Shown here: positions 28,857-38,259 of the stretch, piece after piece
Numbering within the stretch: position 1 is the first letter of the stretch
How the letters are laid out: each line of letters opens with the position of its first letter
DNA from: Gemmatimonadales bacterium
Lineage (GTDB): Bacteria; Gemmatimonadota; Gemmatimonadetes; Gemmatimonadales; GWC2-71-9
Assembly: GCA_965248285.1 (NCBI GenBank)
Contig: CBDFJJ010000010.1
Location: 133,062 to 197,061, forward strand
Direction of reading: 5' to 3'
Length of the DNA stretch: 64,000 bases
Position numbers and translations under genes: made by a program
Notes under the pieces: generated by a model
What the model saw: only the letters and a program-made list of their open reading frames with translations
Told to the model about the DNA's origin: nothing
Databases searched by the model: none

Positions 28857-30287
28857 TCACAACCCCACCCACACGGTCTTCGTCTCGAGAAACCCGTCGA
28901 GCGACTCGCGGCCAAGGTCGCGCCCAAACCCGCTAGCCTTGTAACCGCCGAACGGGGCGGCCGGATCGTACATGTTATAGGTGTTGATCCACACGGTCCC
29001 GGCTCGGATATCCCGTGCGACGCGATGCGCCTTTTTTAAATCCTTCGTCCAGATGCCGGCCGCCAATCCGTACATGGTATCGTTGGCCAAGGCGATCCCG
29101 TGTTCGACGTCGTCGAACGACATGACCGCAAGCACGGGTCCGAAGATCTCTTCGTCTACGATCTTCATCCCGGGCTTGGTGTCGTCGAACACCGTCGCTT
29201 CGACAAAGTATCCTTTTCCGTTCACGTCGCGCGCGTTTCCGCCCGCAACCAGGGTTGCCTCTTTTTTGCCGGATTCGATGTATGAGAGGACGGTCTCCTG
29301 TTGTGCTTTCGACACGACGGCACCAAGGCGGCTATTCTTGTCCAACGGGTCGCCGGGTTCGAGTTTTTTCGACCGCTCGACCAATTGCTCGACGACCTGG
29401 TCCTTCACCGACTGTTCCACTAAGAGTCGAGAACCCGCTGCGCACACTTCACCTTTGCCGTAGAAGATGCCGGTCTGCGCACCGCGCACCGCGCTCTTCA
29501 AGTCGGCGTCGGCGAAAATGATGTTCGGGCTCTTCCCTCCGAGTTCCAGCGTCACTCGCTTCACCGTATCCGTGGCGTCGTGCATGACCTGCTTGCCGAT
29601 TTCGGTGGAACCGGTAAACGTTATCTTGTTGACGCCAGGGTGACGCACCAACGCTGTTCCGGCGGTGGATCCGCCTCCCGGCAGCACGTTGAACGCACCG
29701 GGCGGGAATCCCACGTCGAGCATGATCTCGGCCATGGCCAACGCGGTGAGAGGCGTCTCCGAAGCGGGTTTGAGAATCACCGTGCAACCGGCAGCGAGCG
29801 CCGGAGCAAACTTCCACGTCGCCAAGTTGAGTGGGAAATTCCACGGGACGATCGCTCCTACCACACCCATCGGCTCGCGCAGCGTGTAGACGAAGAACGG
29901 GCCGTTCACCGGCAGCGTGTCGCCGGTAATCTTGTCGGCCCATCCCGCGTAGTATCGCATCGTTTCGACGCTCATCGCCACGTCGATCTTCGATTCGAAC
30001 AGCAACTTGCCGTTTTGCAACGTCTCCAGCTTGGCCACTTCCGGCATGCGCTCCGCCAACAGATCCGCGGCCTTGGTCAGCAATTTGCCGCGCTTGCGTG
30101 CGTCCATCTGGCGCCACTCGTCGCTCTCGAAACACGTGCGGGCGGCGTCTACCGTCGCGTCGACGTCGGCGGCGTTGGCTTTCGCCACCTGTGCGATGAC
30201 TTCTTCCGTCGCCGGGTTGGTGACGTCGAACCGTTCGCCCGAAGCCGCGGCGCACCATTCGTTGTTTATAAAGAGATCGGTTTTCAC
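28857..30287 (-). CDS. NAD(P)-dependent aldehyde dehydrogenase
   Basis: 476 aa with FTGSTEIGK, LELGGKSP, EEIFGPV motifs. Confidence 0.9.
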   Translation of the reverse strand: MKTDLFINNEWCAAASGERFDVTNPATEEVIAQVAKANAADVDATVDAARTCFESDEWRQMDARKRGKLLTKAADLLAERMPEVAKLETLQNGKLLFESKIDVAMSVETMRYYAGWADKITGDTLPVNGPFFVYTLREPMGVVGAIVPWNFPLNLATWKFAPALAAGCTVILKPASETPLTALAMAEIMLDVGFPPGAFNVLPGGGSTAGTALVRHPGVNKITFTGSTEIGKQVMHDATDTVKRVTLELGGKSPNIIFADADLKSAVRGAQTGIFYGKGEVCAAGSRLLVEQSVKDQVVEQLVERSKKLEPGDPLDKNSRLGAVVSKAQQETVLSYIESGKKEATLVAGGNARDVNGKGYFVEATVFDDTKPGMKIVDEEIFGPVLAVMSFDDVEHGIALANDTMYGLAAGIWTKDLKKAHRVARDIRAGTVWINTYNMYDPAAPFGGYKASGFGRDLGRESLDGFLETKTVWVGL

Positions 30288-31117
30288 TATTTGCCTTTGA
30301 ATTCGGCCGTGCGTTTGTCCACGAAGGCGGCGATTCCTTCCTTCGCGTCCTCACTTTGGAACAGGAGTTGTTGCAATTCGCGCTCGATCGCCAAACCCGA
30401 CTCCATCGGCACTTCTACACCGGATTGTACGGCACGCTTGATGTGCCCCACCGCCTTGGCGGGTTTGTTGGGTGGGCAGAACTGCTTGGCATAGAGCATC
30501 ACGTCCTCCCAGAAGCTCTTGTTCGGGAGAACCTTGTTGACGATTCCCATTTCCAACGCGGTGTCGAAGGAAACCAGCTCGCCGGTGATCATGAACTCTA
30601 TCGCCTTCGACTTGCCGAGGATTCGACCGAGTCGCTGCGTGCCGCCGGTACCGGGGAGCACCCCGTAGTTCACCTCGGGTAGACCAATTCGACCGGCATT
30701 CTCCCGCGCGAGGCGGATATCGCAGGCTAACGCAATCTCGAGACCGCCGCCGACCGTGTGTCCGTTCATCGCGGCGATCGTCAATTTCGGGGTGTGCTCG
30801 AGACGCAGCAACGTCTCGTTCGCGTGGAGGCAGAAGCAATACTTGAACTGCGGAGTAACCGAGTTCAGCATACCGAAGTTGGCGCCTGCCGAAAAGAACT
30901 TGTCTCCCTTACCTCGCAGGACGATCACGAACGCGGAAGGGTCCATACGGGCTTTGAGTATGGCCGCGTCGAGTTGCAGATTCATTTCGTAGGTGTAGGT
31001 GTTGGCGGGCGGATCGTCCATTTCGATTACCGCGATACCGTCCTCCGCAGTGTAATGAATGAGCTCGCCGGTTTCCGTATCGGTGGTCGGAGCAGCGGTC
31101 GTCGCCATGTGGGTCAT
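30287..31117 (-). CDS. enoyl-CoA hydratase/isomerase family
   Basis: FFSAGANFGML...GGGLEIALACDIRLA. Confidence 0.8.
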   Translation of the reverse strand: MTHMATTAAPTTDTETGELIHYTAEDGIAVIEMDDPPANTYTYEMNLQLDAAILKARMDPSAFVIVLRGKGDKFFSAGANFGMLNSVTPQFKYCFCLHANETLLRLEHTPKLTIAAMNGHTVGGGLEIALACDIRLARENAGRIGLPEVNYGVLPGTGGTQRLGRILGKSKAIEFMITGELVSFDTALEMGIVNKVLPNKSFWEDVMLYAKQFCPPNKPAKAVGHIKRAVQSGVEVPMESGLAIERELQQLLFQSEDAKEGIAAFVDKRTAEFKGK

Positions 31118-31722
31118 CCTCCGGGTAAGACCGGGGCGTGAAAGTGCGTGGCCAACCCGCTCAGGAAGAGTCGAGAGAATTGCTCGGACAAGGCCTCCGG
31201 AGAGACCGATCCAGTCGGGTCATACCAGTTGTATATCCAGTTCATCATGCCGAACAGCGCGTAGCTCGCTACGTGCGGATCGATTCCGGACTCGTGGGCG
31301 CCGTCTGCCGATTGGATGAGGTCCGTCAACAGTGCGACATAACGACGCTTGAGTGCGTTGATGGTATCGAGGCGCTCTCCCTGCAGGCTCTCGGCCTCGT
31401 GCGACAGCACCTTCGTTTCACTCATGTGTCCTGCAAAAAACATAACGTGGTGGCGTATGAAACGTTCGAGTCGTTGCCGGGGGTCGGTGCCCGGCGCGAG
31501 GGCCGTCTCGGCGCCCGAGAGGACCCGTGTGAAGCAGCGTTGCTGGATGAGGAAGAGCAGTTCGGCTTTGCCTTCTACGTAATGGTAAATACCGGCGAGG
31601 CTCATGCCGGTCTCGCGCGCCGGGTCTCGCATGGTCGTCCGATGGTACCCCTTGTCGGCAATGACCCGGGCCGCGGTAGCCAGTAGGCGATCGACTCGTT
31701 GGTCGTAGGAGAGCATTACCAT
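31114..31722 (-). CDS. TetR-family transcriptional regulator
   Basis: N-terminal HTH (AARVIADKGYHRTTMRDPARETGMSLAGIYHYV). Heads the acyl-CoA cluster. Confidence 0.85.
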   Translation of the reverse strand: MVMLSYDQRVDRLLATAARVIADKGYHRTTMRDPARETGMSLAGIYHYVEGKAELLFLIQQRCFTRVLSGAETALAPGTDPRQRLERFIRHHVMFFAGHMSETKVLSHEAESLQGERLDTINALKRRYVALLTDLIQSADGAHESGIDPHVASYALFGMMNWIYNWYDPTGSVSPEALSEQFSRLFLSGLATHFHAPVLPGG

Positions 31723-32893
31723 TCGAACGTTCGTTCGGGGAGCCTAAAGGATAGGCTAGGAAAGGTCAAGCCGCTCGTCTGGATGACCTTATATTGCTAT
31801 ATGACAAGTGTTTACGATGCCTCACTTAACATGCCGCCCTCGCCGGCGTCTACCGGTTTGTGACGACACCGGTGCCCCTCGGTGATTCGCCGCCCGATGG
31901 CGATCTCATCGAGGCCTGGCGCGACGGAGACGAAGCCGCTGCCGGCGCGCTGGTCCGGCGCCACGCCACGGCTCTGGCACGGTTTCTATCCGGGGCCGGG
32001 GCGGGTGAGGATGTCGATGACCTGGTTCAGGAGACTTTTTTCCGCGCCTTCAGACGGATCGAGACGTTCAAGGGGGCTTCCAGTTTCCGGACGTGGCTCA
32101 TGACGATTGGGTCGAACATCCTGAAGGATGCATGGCGCCGCCGATCGCGGCGACCGGTGGTGGCGCTCGAGGATCGCGAGATCGTCGACCAGGCCAGCGA
32201 CCCTCAGGGCGAGGCCGTCGCCGAGGATGTCGCGGCCCGGCTGGGAGCGTGCGTCAAGACCCTCCCCAGACTGCAACGCCCGGGCCGCGGTAGCCAGTAG
32301 GCGATCGACTCGTTGGTCGTAGGAGAGCATTACCATTCGAACGTTCGTTCGGGGAGCCTAAAGGATAGGCTAGGAAAGGTCAAGCCGCTCGTCTGGATGA
32401 CCTTATATTGCTATATGACAAGTGTTTACGATGCCTCACTTAACATGCCGCCCTCGCCGGCGTCTACCGGTTTGTGACGACACCGGTGCCCCTCGGTGAT
32501 TCGCCGCCCGATGGCGATCTCATCGAGGCCTGGCGCGACGGAGACGAAGCCGCTGCCGGCGCGCTGGTCCGGCGCCACGCCACGGCTCTGGCACGGTTTC
32601 TATCCGGGGCCGGGGCGGGTGAGGATGTCGATGACCTGGTTCAGGAGACTTTTTTCCGCGCCTTCAGACGGATCGAGACGTTCAAGGGGGCTTCCAGTTT
32701 CCGGACGTGGCTCATGACGATTGGGTCGAACATCCTGAAGGATGCATGGCGCCGCCGATCGCGGCGACCGGTGGTGGCGCTCGAGGATCGCGAGATCGTC
32801 GACCAGGCCAGCGACCCTCAGGGCGAGGCCGTCGCCGAGGATGTCGCGGCCCGGCTGGGAGCGTGCGTCAAGACCCTCCCCAGACTGCAACGC
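31666..32893. repeat. 614-bp tandem duplication, no differences seen (31666-32279 and 32280-32893)
   Basis: The unit contains the TetR 5' end, the divergent promoter region and the first ~140 codons of the ECF sigma gene. Junction ...CTGCAACGC|CCGGGCCGCGG. Confidence 0.9.
31860..32300 (+). pseudogene. truncated ECF sigma factor copy (region 2 only), product of the duplication
   Basis: First 140 aa identical to 32474-33028, then 6 junction-derived codons and a stop. Confidence 0.8.
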
Positions 32894-33028
32894 GATGTGT
32901 TCCTGTTGCGTGCGCAACAGGGAATGCCATATGAAGAGATCGCGGGCGCGCTCGGCACCACGCCGGGAGCGGCACGCGTACATTATCACCATGCCATCAA
33001 GCGGCTGAAGGCGCAATTGAGAGACTGA
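32474..33028 (+). CDS. ECF-type RNA polymerase sigma-70 factor
   Basis: 184 aa. Region 2 (DVDDLVQETFFRAFRRIETF) and region 4 (MPYEEIAGALGTTPGAARVHYHHAIKRL). Confidence 0.85.
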   Translation: MTTPVPLGDSPPDGDLIEAWRDGDEAAAGALVRRHATALARFLSGAGAGEDVDDLVQETFFRAFRRIETFKGASSFRTWLMTIGSNILKDAWRRRSRRPVVALEDREIVDQASDPQGEAVAEDVAARLGACVKTLPRLQRDVFLLRAQQGMPYEEIAGALGTTPGAARVHYHHAIKRLKAQLRD

Positions 33029-33465
33029 TGAACGAGCGCGACATTGAGCGGGCAGGCGCTGCTGAGAGACTCATGAACGAGCGCGACATCGAGCAGGCAG
33101 CGGCGCAGCTGGGATCCGACGTCCACATCGACGTCGAACAGACGGCGCAACGGGTGGTTGCGCGGCTACGCGAAGCACCTCGTCGCGCGGCGTGGTGGCA
33201 AGGCACTGCGGCGCTTCGAGCGGCGGCGGCGGTGGCGGTGCTCGTGACGGGAGGCGTGCTCGTCGATCGTGCCATCGACAACTCCGCCGCACGAGACGGT
33301 GCCATTGCGCTGCCTGTTGGACTCGAGGAACTCTCGACCACAGGACTCACAGAGGTTCTCGATTCGTTGGACCTGTTTACGCCGGCTTCAGAGTTCATAC
33401 CGCCTTCGTTTAACGAATTGGACGAAGGGCAACTGCGCACACTGTTGGCGGCGATGGAGGGATAG
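33028..33465 (+). CDS. putative single-TM anti-sigma factor
   Basis: ATGA-coupled to the sigma gene. One TM (ALRAAAAVAVLVTGGVLV). The N-terminus contains a 45-bp tandem repeat, so the start is ambiguous (33028 or 33073). Confidence 0.5.
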   Translation: MNERDIERAGAAERLMNERDIEQAAAQLGSDVHIDVEQTAQRVVARLREAPRRAAWWQGTAALRAAAAVAVLVTGGVLVDRAIDNSAARDGAIALPVGLEELSTTGLTEVLDSLDLFTPASEFIPPSFNELDEGQLRTLLAAMEG

Positions 33466-33954
33466 ATGCGGAAAACAATTTTGGGCGTGTTGTTGGTCTT
33501 CGTGATCGGGCCACTTGCTGCGCAGGACCAAGGACCACCCGCACGCGAGGCGTTGCGTCGTCAGGTGATGGAGCGGTTCGTGCAGAACTTCATTCGGCAG
33601 GCGGGACTGGACGACGAGCAACGCCTCGAGTTCCAAGAAACCATGCAACGTCAATTTCGCGATAGGGCCCAGCAAGAGCAGCGGCGGCGCCAACTCATTC
33701 GGGCGCTCGACGAGCAGATGCGGCCCGGCGTTGCGGCCAGCCCGGACAGCGTGTCTGCGCTGCTCGAGTCGCTTGTGGTGTTGGGAGAAGACGTGGCTGC
33801 CGCCGTCCGGACACAACAGGAGGAGTACGCAGCGTTTCTCTCACCGATACAGCGGGGCGTGTTTGTGATTCACTACGAGCGATTCCGACGGCAGATCGAG
33901 AACGTGCAACGCCGCCAGATGCCCCGCCGGGGTAACCGGCCGCCCGGGAGCTAG
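33466..33954 (+). CDS. periplasmic helical protein (Spy/CpxP-like by composition)
   Basis: Signal peptide MRKTILGVLLVFVIGPLAAQ, charged helical repeats, third gene of the sigma operon. Confidence 0.4.
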   Translation: MRKTILGVLLVFVIGPLAAQDQGPPAREALRRQVMERFVQNFIRQAGLDDEQRLEFQETMQRQFRDRAQQEQRRRQLIRALDEQMRPGVAASPDSVSALLESLVVLGEDVAAAVRTQQEEYAAFLSPIQRGVFVIHYERFRRQIENVQRRQMPRRGNRPPGS

Positions 33955-34192
33955 CGCTTAACGATTGCAGATTTCAGACTGCAGATTTCAGAACCGTACC
34001 ATCGATACCCCGGCCTTGGCTTTAATGGGCAGGGGGTGGATCCGCGTTCTCTAAAGCTTTAGCGTCATCCGTGGCTGCTTGCGCTCGGGGTTTGTTGTTT
34101 GAGGTGGGGCGGGGGATCCGCGTCCTAAGGCTTTAGCGTCATACGCGGCTGATTTTCCGCTCCGGAGATTTGGCTATATTCCCGACCCACTT

Positions 34193-34231
34193 GCCCGAGT
34201 GGCGGAATGGCAGACGCGCCGGACTCAAAAT
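34193..34231 (+). pseudogene. tRNA-Leu(CAA) 5' half, ending in the anticodon loop
   Basis: GCCCGAG-TG-GCGG-AATGGCAGA-CGC-G-CCGGA-CTCAAAA-T. The next bases (ACGAC) cannot close the anticodon stem, and no T-arm or acceptor 3' strand follows. Confidence 0.7.
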
Positions 34232-34495
34232 ACGACGCCCAGAGTTTCGACGTTTTCCCTTTGTTGGTTTCTCTAGTAAAAACGTTCCCTCAGTAACACC
34301 GCGTTCCCTCCGAGAACCTGCTGACGTCACCGAGACGTCACCGAGCGGGGTTGCGATATGATGATCCGCCCCCTCCCCTACGGCGAAGATCGTCCCTCCG
34401 ATTTCACTGGTGATCACCCCACTCGACGGCCTCGAGCTTCCGAGCCCCCAATCTGGTAGGGGCTCCCCCACCAGGTCTCAAGGAGAACCATTTAA

Positions 34496-34825
34496 ATGAC
34501 GACGACTGAAGGTCTCGCCCGCGATGCCCTACTCGGCATCGACGTTGAGCTCCCGGACGGCTCGACCGTCCGGTGTAAGGCGCTCCCGCTCGCGACGTCG
34601 ATCGAGTTCCTCGAGCTGATCGAGAAGTACGGCCAAGGCGACATCGGGGCGTTGCGGAGGATCCTTCGCGAGTTCCCGAACGCTGTCGAGGCGGACGGCG
34701 CCTTCGAAGCACTGACGCCAGGCGAAGTGATCGACATGCTCATACGTTTTTTCGCGGCCCGGCGGTCGACGCCGCCGTCCGGGCCGACACCCGAGACGCC
34801 GAGCCCCTCCGGATCGACGACATGA
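34496..34825 (+). CDS. phage tail assembly chaperone-like protein
   Basis: 109 aa, AAGGAG RBS, two genes upstream of the tape measure. Confidence 0.4.
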   Translation: MTTTEGLARDALLGIDVELPDGSTVRCKALPLATSIEFLELIEKYGQGDIGALRRILREFPNAVEADGAFEALTPGEVIDMLIRFFAARRSTPPSGPTPETPSPSGSTT

Positions 34826-35091
34826 TTGCCGAGTACGCGCTTGCCTACGGCCCACCCGATCCATCGATGCCGTGGCCGATGTTCGTGTTGCTGGTTCAAC
34901 GAACTAACCAGGCGTTTGCGCGCCGGCTGCTGGCCACTATGCATGGTGTCGGATGGGCGATCGGGAAGGCATTCGGCGGGAGTCAAACCCTGCAGCTCGA
35001 CATGATGCGTGTGCAGGTTGAGCGCGTTGCGTTCCCAGGGCAGAAGTCGAAAGGGTCGGTGTTCGGGCTCAAGCAATCCCAGGGAGGATAA
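34822..35091 (+). CDS. small phage protein (second chaperone position)
   Basis: ATGA-coupled, lies between the chaperone and the tape measure. Confidence 0.35.
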   Translation: MIAEYALAYGPPDPSMPWPMFVLLVQRTNQAFARRLLATMHGVGWAIGKAFGGSQTLQLDMMRVQVERVAFPGQKSKGSVFGLKQSQGG

Positions 35092-35093
35092 CG

Positions 35094-35276
35094 ATGGTTG
35101 ATTTTGCCGGCGCCAATAGTCCACCCACGGCTTCGAACGCACCAACGACACGGAAGGCGAACCGCGCTGGACGCGTCGCCGCGAGCGGGCTCCTGTGGGG
35201 ATGCATGGGTGTCTGCGCGCTCCTGCTCTTCGTCGCTGGTCTCGGGCTCGTCCGACTCCTGCAATGGCTTTGGTGA
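35094..35276 (+). CDS. small membrane protein
   Basis: 60 aa with C-terminal TM LLWGCMGVCALLLFVAGLGLV. Confidence 0.3.
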   Translation: MVDFAGANSPPTASNAPTTRKANRAGRVAASGLLWGCMGVCALLLFVAGLGLVRLLQWLW

Positions 35277-35284
35277 GGTGATGT

Positions 35285-37045
35285 ATGGTCGATAAAAAAG
35301 TCGGCATCACGCTGAAGGGCCGAGACCTCGCGTCCAAGGCGCTCGGTAAAGTCCGCGGCACGATCAACCGCATCAAGTCTGCGGTGTTCTCGCTGCAGGG
35401 CGCCTTGGTGGGGGTCGGCGTCTTGATGGTCGGACGCATCACGCGTTCGTTCGTCACCGCCTTCACCAAGCAGCAGGATGCCGTCGAGGGTCTCCGAGCC
35501 TCGCTCATCGCCACCGGCAAGGACGGAGAAGCGTCACTTCGCCGTCTCACCGAGCACGCTGCCGAGCTCCAGAAGGTGACCAAAGTCGGCGATGAGGCGA
35601 CGATCGCGGCCATGGCCTCGCTTGCGCTGATGGCGCCGTCGCTTGACGTCCCGGCCCTCGAGCGGGCGCAGCGGGCCATGATCGGGCTCGCTGATGTGTT
35701 TTTCAAAGGCGACTTGGAGGCGGCCGCGCTCCAAATCGGGAAGACGGTCGGGGGCACTACGAACGCGCTCAGTCGGTACACCATCGAGGTCGACATGGCG
35801 GGAGACGCCAACGCGCGGATGAATCAGATCGTTGAGCAAGCGAATCGGTTCTTTGACGTCTCCAAAGCCCGAGCGCAAACGCTCGCCGGCCGGTTGGCAC
35901 GACTCGGCAACAGTTGGGGCGACCTGAAAGAACGGATCGGGCAGTTCCTCGGCGAGTCGCCGCTGGTCAACGCTTTTCTCGACGAGATACGCACGATCGT
36001 CGAGGATGTGACCGGCGCGCTCAACCGGGGCGGACCGCAGATCTTCGAGGCGTTTGCGGCCCTCGGGCAAATCGCCGGCAACGCATTCGTCGAGGCGTTC
36101 CTGCGGGTCGTGCAACTCCTCCACGCCTCGATGGACAACGTCGTCGACTTCCTCGGCGATAAGATCGAGGCGACGTTCAAGCGGAAATTCCCGGCGCTCA
36201 AGGTGGCGTTCGACATCATCACGAAGAAGGTCGACATCGCCGGTCCGGAGACGGCACGCCCAGAGACCGGACCCACGCTCATCGACCGCATGATCGCCGA
36301 GCGCCAGGCGGCGCGCATCGCGGCGCGGGAACGCCTCGCCGCGGCCGGCGCCGGATTCGCGCCTCCCCCTCCCCCCACCACTCCGCCCCCTCCCCCCACC
36401 ACTCCGCCACGTCCCCCGACGGACGCAGAAATCCGTCGTGCTGACCTCACGGCCCGGTTCGGCGGACAACTCCCTGGGGTGCAAGGTGCCGTGACCCGTG
36501 GGGTGGCGGGTGGTGTGAACATGAGCCCACTCCTGCCGCGACCCGCGGACCTGAAAGCGCTCGTGACCTCATCGAAGGAATACGGCGAGGCCCTGAGGAA
36601 ATCGAACGCCTTGCTCATCGAGGCGAAGCGGCGCCAAGAGGAAGCCGCGGAGGCGGCGCGTGCTGCGGCGGTGGCGGCCTTGCAGTCCTGGGCGTTCGCC
36701 GCCAGCGAGTTGATTAGATCGCTCCAGGGCGGCGGTCTGTTCGGCATCCTTGGCGCCATCGGTGGGATCGCCTCACTCCTTCCTGGCGGGCAGATCCTCG
36801 GCGGGGCATTGTTGGCTGGATCGGCCGTGGGCGGTGCGCTGTCTAACAGGAACGGCCAGCCGGTGCGCGTGGACGTGGAACGGTTCGGTAGTCAGGCAGA
36901 GGGGCAGCTCTCGAACACCCGCCGAGGTCTGGAGCGTGTCGAGATCACGATCGTGGACCCGCGCACCGACTTTCGACGGGTCGTCCAGGAGATTCAGGCG
37001 CTCGAGGCGCGCGACGGTATAGCCCGAACGACGGTGAGGCCCTGA
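35285..37045 (+). CDS. phage tail tape measure protein
   Basis: 586 aa, helical. TMP-type N-terminus (...GDEATIAAMASLALMAPSL...). PPPPTTPPPPPTTPP repeat and Gly-rich C-terminus. Confidence 0.8.
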   Translation: MVDKKVGITLKGRDLASKALGKVRGTINRIKSAVFSLQGALVGVGVLMVGRITRSFVTAFTKQQDAVEGLRASLIATGKDGEASLRRLTEHAAELQKVTKVGDEATIAAMASLALMAPSLDVPALERAQRAMIGLADVFFKGDLEAAALQIGKTVGGTTNALSRYTIEVDMAGDANARMNQIVEQANRFFDVSKARAQTLAGRLARLGNSWGDLKERIGQFLGESPLVNAFLDEIRTIVEDVTGALNRGGPQIFEAFAALGQIAGNAFVEAFLRVVQLLHASMDNVVDFLGDKIEATFKRKFPALKVAFDIITKKVDIAGPETARPETGPTLIDRMIAERQAARIAARERLAAAGAGFAPPPPPTTPPPPPTTPPRPPTDAEIRRADLTARFGGQLPGVQGAVTRGVAGGVNMSPLLPRPADLKALVTSSKEYGEALRKSNALLIEAKRRQEEAAEAARAAAVAALQSWAFAASELIRSLQGGGLFGILGAIGGIASLLPGGQILGGALLAGSAVGGALSNRNGQPVRVDVERFGSQAEGQLSNTRRGLERVEITIVDPRTDFRRVVQEIQALEARDGIARTTVRP

Positions 37046-37689
37046 TGCCCCCCCTCCTCGATGTCGAATTCGACTCCCGGGACACGGAACGGTTTCTCGG
37101 TGGCCTGGCCAAGCAAACCTCGTTCGCGTTGTCCGTTGCCATCAACGACACACTCAAAGACGCACAGAAGGTGCAGCGATCGCACCAACGGCGCGTGTTC
37201 ACGGTTCGCCGGCCGCAGTTCGTCGATCGGTCGGTCAAGATCAAACCCTTCGCGACGAAGCGGACGCTCGAGGGCACGATGGCGATTGATCCGCCTGGTG
37301 GGCAGCAGCGCTCCGACATTATCGCGAAGTTCGAACGCGGTGGACAGAAACGCCCTCGAGACGGACGCCACCTTGCCGTGCCCATCGACGTGAAGCGCAC
37401 GAAGGCCGGCGTGGTCACCCGCCGCAATCGTCCCAAGGGCTTCCTCTTCAAACGCGTCGGGCGATCGATACGCGGAGAGCGTCGCACGTTCATCATCCCC
37501 GGTGTGGGGATTTTCCAGCGCGTTGGTAGGCGGAAGAACTCGCGGATCCGTTTGCTCTATGCGTTCAAGACGCAAGTCCGGATTGATCGACGGCTCGATT
37601 TCATCACCAACGCCGAGCGGGTGGTGCGGCAGATGTTTGACCGGAATTTCGATCGCGCGTTTGATCGTGCAGTGGCGACGGCACGATGA
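37045..37689 (+). CDS. basic phage structural-module protein, unknown function
   Basis: 214 aa. The start overlaps the TMP stop (TGATG). Not homologous to 50822-51673. Confidence 0.4.
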   Translation: MPPLLDVEFDSRDTERFLGGLAKQTSFALSVAINDTLKDAQKVQRSHQRRVFTVRRPQFVDRSVKIKPFATKRTLEGTMAIDPPGGQQRSDIIAKFERGGQKRPRDGRHLAVPIDVKRTKAGVVTRRNRPKGFLFKRVGRSIRGERRTFIIPGVGIFQRVGRRKNSRIRLLYAFKTQVRIDRRLDFITNAERVVRQMFDRNFDRAFDRAVATAR

Positions 37690-37813
37690 AGCGCAGACCC
37701 GACGACGATCGCGAAGCGGATCGGCGAGCGGGATCCCGATGCAGCCGTGTTCCCGGGTCACTTCAAGACGGAATTCGCGCGCGCCCTGAGAACGGCAAGG
37801 AGATAGGACGAGT

Positions 37814-38230
37814 ATGACAACAACACAGACGAAACCAGAACCCAAGACCGGCAGCGTCGGTGCGCTGATCCAGCAAGCCGAGGAAGCGCAGGCACGCGGA
37901 CGCGAGATCCTCGATGAACTGAACGAGATGAACAGGGTGTACGTGCAGCTGCTCGAAGCGTTGGAGGTACACGAAGCCACCATCGCCCGTATATGCGCGA
38001 CGAGGTCAGTACGCTCAACGCATATCACGGAAGAAGCCTGTCGAGTTGCCGCGCTGAGCGTCAACGCCTTGCTACGGCACCCACATCGGTCACCGGCATG
38101 TTGCGATGGGTGGTGTTGTTGCGATGGGTGGTGTTACCGCAGGTCGTTGCGGATGGACCGTATTGGGTCGGACAGTCACCAACGCACGCGCGGTTTCAAG
38201 GAGAGGTTTAGGGGTCGCTGCGGTCCCTGA
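37814..38230 (+). CDS. hypothetical; may be two short genes (37814-~37990 and 37993-38211)
   Basis: GC3 signal is good only for the first ~55 codons. An 18-bp tandem repeat lies at about 38101-38136. Confidence 0.25.
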   Translation: MTTTQTKPEPKTGSVGALIQQAEEAQARGREILDELNEMNRVYVQLLEALEVHEATIARICATRSVRSTHITEEACRVAALSVNALLRHPHRSPACCDGWCCCDGWCYRRSLRMDRIGSDSHQRTRGFKERFRGRCGP

Positions 38231-38259
38231 CGTACCGTCCCGATCTCCATGTACCAGGA

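Noticed and set aside
36355-36420. CCCC/ACCACTCCGCC repeat as a non-coding element
   Set aside because: It lies in frame within the tape measure gene and encodes a PPPPTTPPPPPTTPP linker.
38101-38136. 18-bp tandem repeat TGCGATGGGTGGTGTTGT x2 as a regulatory element or cos-related site
   Set aside because: There are only two copies, inside a weak ORF, with no complementary arm and no similarity to the other repeats. The evidence is insufficient.
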